A DNA stretch of 64,000 bases from an uncultured Actinomycetes bacterium. GTDB lineage: Bacteria > Actinomycetota > UBA4738 > HRBIN12. Shown piece after piece: positions 59,747 to 64,000 of the stretch. The stretch lies in contig CAVTIC010000006.1 of assembly GCA_963734685.1 (NCBI GenBank), positions 286,977 to 350,976 on the forward strand, in the 5' to 3' direction. Numbering within the stretch: position 1 is the first letter of the stretch; the number at the start of each line of letters is the position of its first letter. The notes below the pieces were generated by a model. The model saw only the letters and a program-made list of their open reading frames with translations. It searched no databases and was not told the origin of the DNA. The position numbers were made by a program, and so were the translations under genes.

Positions 59747-61000
59747 ATGGCCTTCGTCGATGAATGCACCGTCTTCGCGCACGCGGGGCGCGGCGGCCAC
59801 GGATCGGCGTCACTGCATTCCGAGCCGTACAAGCCCCGAGGTGGTCCTGACGGTGGGAACGGCGGCGACGGCGGCTCGATCGTCATCGAGGTCTCGCGCG
59901 GGGTGCACGACCTGTCCTGGCTCGCCGACCACCCCCATCAGAGGGCGCCGGGGGGGGAGCCCGGCCGGAAGGCGAAACGAGACGGCGCGAACGGGAAGGA
60001 CGTCGTGATCCCGGTACCCGATGGCACCGTGGTCTTCGACGACCAGGGACTGCTCGCTGACCTGGTGGGCGACGGGGCCCGCGCGGTCGTCGCCCGTGGA
60101 GGCCGAGGCGGGCGCGGCAACGTCGCCTTCGCCGGTCCCCGCAACCGCGTGCCGCGCACCGCCGAATCCGGCGAAGAAGGCGAGGACAAGCGCCTGCGCA
60201 TGGAGCTCCGAACGGTCGCCGCCGTGGGGCTCGTCGGGTTGCCGAACGCTGGCAAGTCCACCCTGCTCTCGCGTCTCACCGCCGCGAAGCCGAAGATCGC
60301 GGACTACCCATTCACCACGCTCACGCCGAACCTCGGGGTCGCCGGCGGCGAGGCCGATCGGTTCGTGGTGGCAGACATCCCCGGGCTCGTCGAAGGGGCC
60401 AGCGAGGGGCGAGGGCTCGGGCACCGATTCCTGCGGCACATCGTCCGATGCCGCGCGCTCGTCCTCGTCGTCGACCTCTCCGCAGCCGATCCAGTCGACG
60501 ATCTCGCGACCCTGCGGGAGGAACTCGCCGCCTACGACGTCGAGCTCACCGAGCGCCCCTCGATCGTCGTGGGCACGAAGGCCGATCTGATCGACGATGC
60601 GTCCGAGGCGACGCTCGGTCTGCCCGAGGGAACGCTCGTCGTCTCGGCGATGACGGGGGAGGGTCTCGACGAGCTGACGGATCGATTGGGGCGACTCGCC
60701 GGCGACGCGGAGTCGGCGGAGGCCGAGCGCCAGCCGTACGTGGTGCTCCGCCCGGGCAGGCCGCGGTTCACGGTGCACCGCGATCCCGACGGCCGTTGGC
60801 GCGTCTCGGGCAGGAGCGTGGAACGGTGGGTGCTCGAGACCGACCTCGACGACGACGGTGACGTCGCGACTTTGCAGCGCCGTCTGCAGAAGGAAGGGGT
60901 CGAGCGCAAGCTCGCGTCGCTCGGCGCCCGTCGTGGCGACGAGGTCGCGATCGGGGATCGCGTGTTCGAGTTCCTTCCCGACGAGGAGGCGGATCGATGA
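59747..61000 (+). CDS. obg: GTPase Obg/CgtA
   Basis: MAFVDECTVFAHAGRGGHGSAS and the glycine-rich Obg fold lead the protein. The G1 motif is GLPNAGKST, followed by DIPGLVEGA and TKADL, and the C-terminus is an OCT domain. Confidence 0.95.
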   Translation: MAFVDECTVFAHAGRGGHGSASLHSEPYKPRGGPDGGNGGDGGSIVIEVSRGVHDLSWLADHPHQRAPGGEPGRKAKRDGANGKDVVIPVPDGTVVFDDQGLLADLVGDGARAVVARGGRGGRGNVAFAGPRNRVPRTAESGEEGEDKRLRMELRTVAAVGLVGLPNAGKSTLLSRLTAAKPKIADYPFTTLTPNLGVAGGEADRFVVADIPGLVEGASEGRGLGHRFLRHIVRCRALVLVVDLSAADPVDDLATLREELAAYDVELTERPSIVVGTKADLIDDASEATLGLPEGTLVVSAMTGEGLDELTDRLGRLAGDAESAEAERQPYVVLRPGRPRFTVHRDPDGRWRVSGRSVERWVLETDLDDDGDVATLQRRLQKEGVERKLASLGARRGDEVAIGDRVFEFLPDEEADR

Positions 61001-61446
61001 CGTCGGAACGGTTCCTGTCGGAGGAGGAGGTGGCTTGGCGCGACCTGTGCGGCGTGTTCGATCGCGTCCCCACCCACCGATTCGAGGAACCGACCCTCAC
61101 CCCCGAGGGCTGGTCGGCCAAGGATGCGATGTTCCACATCGCGGGTTGGATGGCCGACTGCGGGGTGCAGCTCGAGCGCATCCGGGCCGGGACCTTCGAC
61201 CCCGCCGAGGAGACACGCGACACGATCGAACGGCAGAACCGGACGTGGTTCGAGGAGTCGCGAGCGATGAGCCCGGGCGACGTCCGCACCGGGTTCGCCG
61301 CCGCCCGGCAGCGCATGCGCGAAGCGTTCGGGACGTTGAACGAGCTCCCACCGAACGCGATCGAGTGGTTCGAGGAATCCGGCGCGCTCCACTACGCGGC
61401 CCACGCGATTGATCTCCGCGAGTGGTTGGGGGACAGCACGGCATGA
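60997..61446 (+). CDS. DinB/ClbS-like four-helix-bundle family protein (hypothetical)
   Basis: ORF 60997..61446 has the WSAKDAMFHIAGW block. Both ends have ATGA overlaps (obg stop and nadD start). Confidence 0.5.
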   Translation: MTSERFLSEEEVAWRDLCGVFDRVPTHRFEEPTLTPEGWSAKDAMFHIAGWMADCGVQLERIRAGTFDPAEETRDTIERQNRTWFEESRAMSPGDVRTGFAAARQRMREAFGTLNELPPNAIEWFEESGALHYAAHAIDLREWLGDSTA

Positions 61447-62105
61447 GCGTGCAGTCGCCAACCCTGACCTCCACAGAGGGGTCGGTCTCGCCCACTACGA
61501 TGGGCGGCGTGAGGACGCGCCTGGGGGTCATGGGCGGCACGTTCGACCCGATCCACTACGGACACCTGGTCACTGCCGAGGAGGCGTTGCACCAGTTCGA
61601 GCTCGACGAGGTCGTGTTCGTGCCCACCGGGAGCCCGTGGATGAAGGAGCACGAGGACGTCTCGCCGCCGGAGGACCGCTACCTCATGACCGTGATCGCG
61701 ACGGCGTCGAACCCGTTGTTCCACGTGTCGCGCATGGAGGTGGACCGTGACGGTCCGACCTACGCCGTCGACACACTGCGGGAGCTGCGCCATGAGCGTG
61801 GCGACGCCGTCGACCTGTTCTTCGTGACCGGCGCCGATGCGGTGCTCGAGATCTTCCAGTGGAAGCAGCCCGACGAGCTGTTCGACCTTGCGCACTTCAT
61901 CGCGGCGACCAGGCCTGGGTTCGATATCGCGGCGTTCGAGGCGCATGCCGAGACGAAGCACCCGGGCATCACGGTCATGAACGTCCCCGCCCTCGCGATC
62001 TCCTCGACCGATGTGCGCGCGCGGGTGCACGCGGGCAGGCCGATCCGATACCTGGTGCCCGAAGGTGTGAAGAGCTACATCGAGAAGGCGGGGCTCTACC
62101 TGTGA
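61443..62105 (+). CDS. nadD: nicotinate-nucleotide adenylyltransferase
   Basis: Blocks are GVMGGTFDPIHYGH and ISSTDVR. ORF 61422..62105 was trimmed to ATG 61443. Confidence 0.9.
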   Translation: MSVQSPTLTSTEGSVSPTTMGGVRTRLGVMGGTFDPIHYGHLVTAEEALHQFELDEVVFVPTGSPWMKEHEDVSPPEDRYLMTVIATASNPLFHVSRMEVDRDGPTYAVDTLRELRHERGDAVDLFFVTGADAVLEIFQWKQPDELFDLAHFIAATRPGFDIAAFEAHAETKHPGITVMNVPALAISSTDVRARVHAGRPIRYLVPEGVKSYIEKAGLYL

Positions 62106-63205
62106 GCGCCACGGGAACCCCGGGCGGGCCCGTGCGCCCGACCCGGGCGGCGCGCAACGCGCGGAACCGCCGGGTGCACCGCGCCATCGTGGCCGGGGTC
62201 GTGGCCGCGCTGGTGGTCGCGGCCGGCGGCCTCTGGCTGGTCGGACGGGGGGGTGGGAACGACGCGTCGCCGACCAACGACGACACCGGCGGGCAGGCGC
62301 CGCCCCCCGAGACGAGGTTCCTGGCCCTGCAGGTCAAGGGCGGGCCGGCGCCGTTGCTCGCGGTGGTCGGTGTCCCCGGCGAGGGTGCGCCCGTGGTGAT
62401 GCCCCTCGCGGCCGAACTGACGATCGTCGTACCGGGCCAGGGTGAGACGTCGATGACGGGTGTCGCGGCATTGCCCGGTGACGCGATGCGCGTGGCGCTC
62501 TCGAACATGATCGGCGTGTGGATCGAGCACTTCGCGGTGCTCTCGCTCGGCGAACTCGCGGCGGCCATCGAGGCCGAAGGAGGGGTGACCGTGACCCTGC
62601 CGTCGGCCTATCCGACCGAGAACGGGGTGCTCGGCCCCGGGGAGGTCTCGCTCTCCGGCGCGCAGGCGCGCGCGTTCCTGGCGGGCGCGACCGACGACGC
62701 GGCGGTGCGTTGGGAGATCCTGCTCGGGGCGGTGCTTGCTCGCCCTCCCTCGCTGCCCGCGACCGGTTCGATCGAGACCGACGACGCCCGGGCGGTCACC
62801 GAGATGCTTGCCGACGCCCGCGGGGCCGAGGTGCTCGACGTCCCCACGGTGCGCCTGACGGCGACCGTGATCGTTCCGGTGTACGAGTCCCTGGACCAGC
62901 TGCTGTCGGATACGCTCGGCACCACGCCGCCGGTGCCCGCGATCGTGCAGAACGGCAGCGGGGAGCCGGGGGTCGGCGAGGCCGTGGGGATCCAGATCAT
63001 CCCGGTCGGATTCCGGGTAACGCTCTCGCAGAACGCGCAGAGCTTCGACCTCGCCACGACCGACATCTTCGCCAACGGCGTCGACCACGAAGGCGATGCT
63101 CGCTCGGCCAAGGCGGCGCTCGGCGTCGGGCGTGTTCGCGTGTCCCAGGTACCATCGGGTATCGGCGACATCACGATCGTGGTGGGGAAGGACTTCACGG
63201 CTTGA
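62102..63205 (+). CDS. membrane-anchored LCP-like protein with LytR_C domain
   Basis: The GTG start overlaps the nadD stop. It has a TM anchor (AIVAGVVAALVVAAGGLWLV). The C-terminal VQNGSGEPGVGEAVG...ITIVVGKDF is LytR_C-like. The LCP core looks degenerate. Confidence 0.6.
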   Translation: MSATGTPGGPVRPTRAARNARNRRVHRAIVAGVVAALVVAAGGLWLVGRGGGNDASPTNDDTGGQAPPPETRFLALQVKGGPAPLLAVVGVPGEGAPVVMPLAAELTIVVPGQGETSMTGVAALPGDAMRVALSNMIGVWIEHFAVLSLGELAAAIEAEGGVTVTLPSAYPTENGVLGPGEVSLSGAQARAFLAGATDDAAVRWEILLGAVLARPPSLPATGSIETDDARAVTEMLADARGAEVLDVPTVRLTATVIVPVYESLDQLLSDTLGTTPPVPAIVQNGSGEPGVGEAVGIQIIPVGFRVTLSQNAQSFDLATTDIFANGVDHEGDARSAKAALGVGRVRVSQVPSGIGDITIVVGKDFTA

Positions 63206-63616
63206 CGCAGGAGCAGGGCACGACGGGAGGCGGCGCGAGCGCGCTGCCGCCCAGCCGCGACGTGGCGGTCGCGGCGGCCCGCGCCTCCGCCGACAAGCAG
63301 GCCACCGACATCGTCGTCCTCGATGTGTCGAAGATCATCGTGATCACCGACCTCTTCGTGATCTGCACGGCGACGACCCAGCGGCAGATCCGCACGGTGA
63401 TCGATGCGGTGGAGGAGGCCATTGCGTGGGCTCGGCGTGAAGCCGATGCGCCGCGAGGGAGAGCCCGAGGCCGGCTGGTGGTTGCTCGACTACGTCGACG
63501 TGGTCGTGCACGTGTTCGGCGAGGAGGAACGCGCCTACTACGACCTGGAACGGCTCTGGTCCGATGCCCCGCATGTCGAGTGGGAGGCTTCGGACGCAGC
63601 CTCGAGTGCCCGATAG
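63202..63616 (+). CDS. rsfS: ribosome silencing factor RsfS, one frame break near 63430
   Basis: DKQATDIVVLDVSKIIVITDLFVICTATTQRQIRTVIDAVEEAI is in one frame. GVKPMRREGEPEAGWWLLDYVDVVVHVFGEEERAYYDLERLW is in ORF 63404..63616. Confidence 0.75.
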
Positions 63617-63631
63617 GATGAACCGTACCGA

Positions 63632-63704
63632 GGGCCCATAGCTCAGCTGGTAGAGCGCTTGGCTGGCAGCCAAGAGGTCAGGGGTTCGACTCCCCTTGGG
63701 TCCA
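63632..63704 (+). tRNA. tRNA-Ala (anticodon GGC)
   Basis: GGGCCCATAGCTCAGCTGGTAGAGCGCTTGGCTGGCAGCCAAGAGGTCAGGGGTTCGACTCCCCTTGGGTCCA folds into a 73-nt cloverleaf. The G3:U70 identity pair is present. Confidence 0.92.
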
Positions 63705-64000
63705 CACTCAGCCTCCTCTTCCGACGGATCAGGTTTGCGGAGGTTGCGGTTCCAGGGGAGTCCGGACGGCCTTTCATCCAGCAGGGTTCGAGGCGATGGT
63801 CGTTTCGGGATAGGAGCCTCCAGTGACCGCTCGTCCGGGCTGTCCACTCCAGATGGTGAAGAGGGAACGGTTGCGGACGAAAGGTGGCCGGATGACGACA
63901 CCTACCAGCACGGCTCGGCGGGCTGTCGAGGGATGTGCCCTTACTGATGAGCCGTTTCGTGCGGAAGGGCTCTCCCCCACCTCCTCGGGGACGACCCGGC

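Noticed and set aside
63705-64000. Cobalamin or c-di-AMP riboswitch, RNase P RNA or tmRNA after tRNA-Ala
   Set aside because: Only fragmentary resemblances were seen (GGGAACGGTTGCGG, CGGGGACGACCC). The conserved cores (B12 box, GAGGAAAGUCC and others) are absent or incomplete, and the window ends before the call could be resolved.

Overview
This is a high-GC segment (about 70% judged by eye, not computed) that looks like an actinobacterial chromosome. I found no rRNA, CRISPR array, transposase or integrase. About 16-64 kb is conserved housekeeping. It holds a DmpA-type peptidase, azlCD, and a TetR-flanked corrinoid/MttB-family methyltransferase operon with its RACo activase. Next to that operon is a CarH-like B12 photoreceptor-type regulator. 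Then come tag, aminotransferase/OCD/kinase genes, tig-clpP-clpX, valS-folC-ndk and fabD-fabH-fabG-acpP-fabF. These are followed by mreBCD-mrdA-rodA, a REC-histidine kinase hybrid, rne with a long leader, rplU-rpmA, obg, nadD, a LytR_C protein, rsfS and tRNA-Ala. The left 16 kb looks accessory. It has a YcaQ-like glycosylase, a K+ channel and purE, then a run of heavily frame-disrupted genes (purK, a LamG protein, a beta-propeller protein, a metallophosphoesterase). After that come three tRNAs (Arg, Gly, Pro) interleaved with secreted or membrane hypothetical proteins. A 56-bp direct repeat of the 5' half of tRNA-Pro brackets a 1.1-kb two-gene cassette, and a bacterial lysyl-oxidase homolog starts 2 nt after tRNA-Pro. 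Many genes have a TANNNT hexamer 6-9 nt upstream of the start codon and no Shine-Dalgarno sequence, which suggests widespread leaderless transcription. I see no clearly novel defence-type system. The best candidates for follow-up are the MttB/corrinoid cluster with its DUF1638 partner and adjacent CarH-like regulator, the tRNA-Pro cassette with the lysyl oxidase, and the dense frameshift zone. That zone is either real gene decay or assembly indel error. All calls rest on reading the ORF translations and the DNA directly; no database search was possible.
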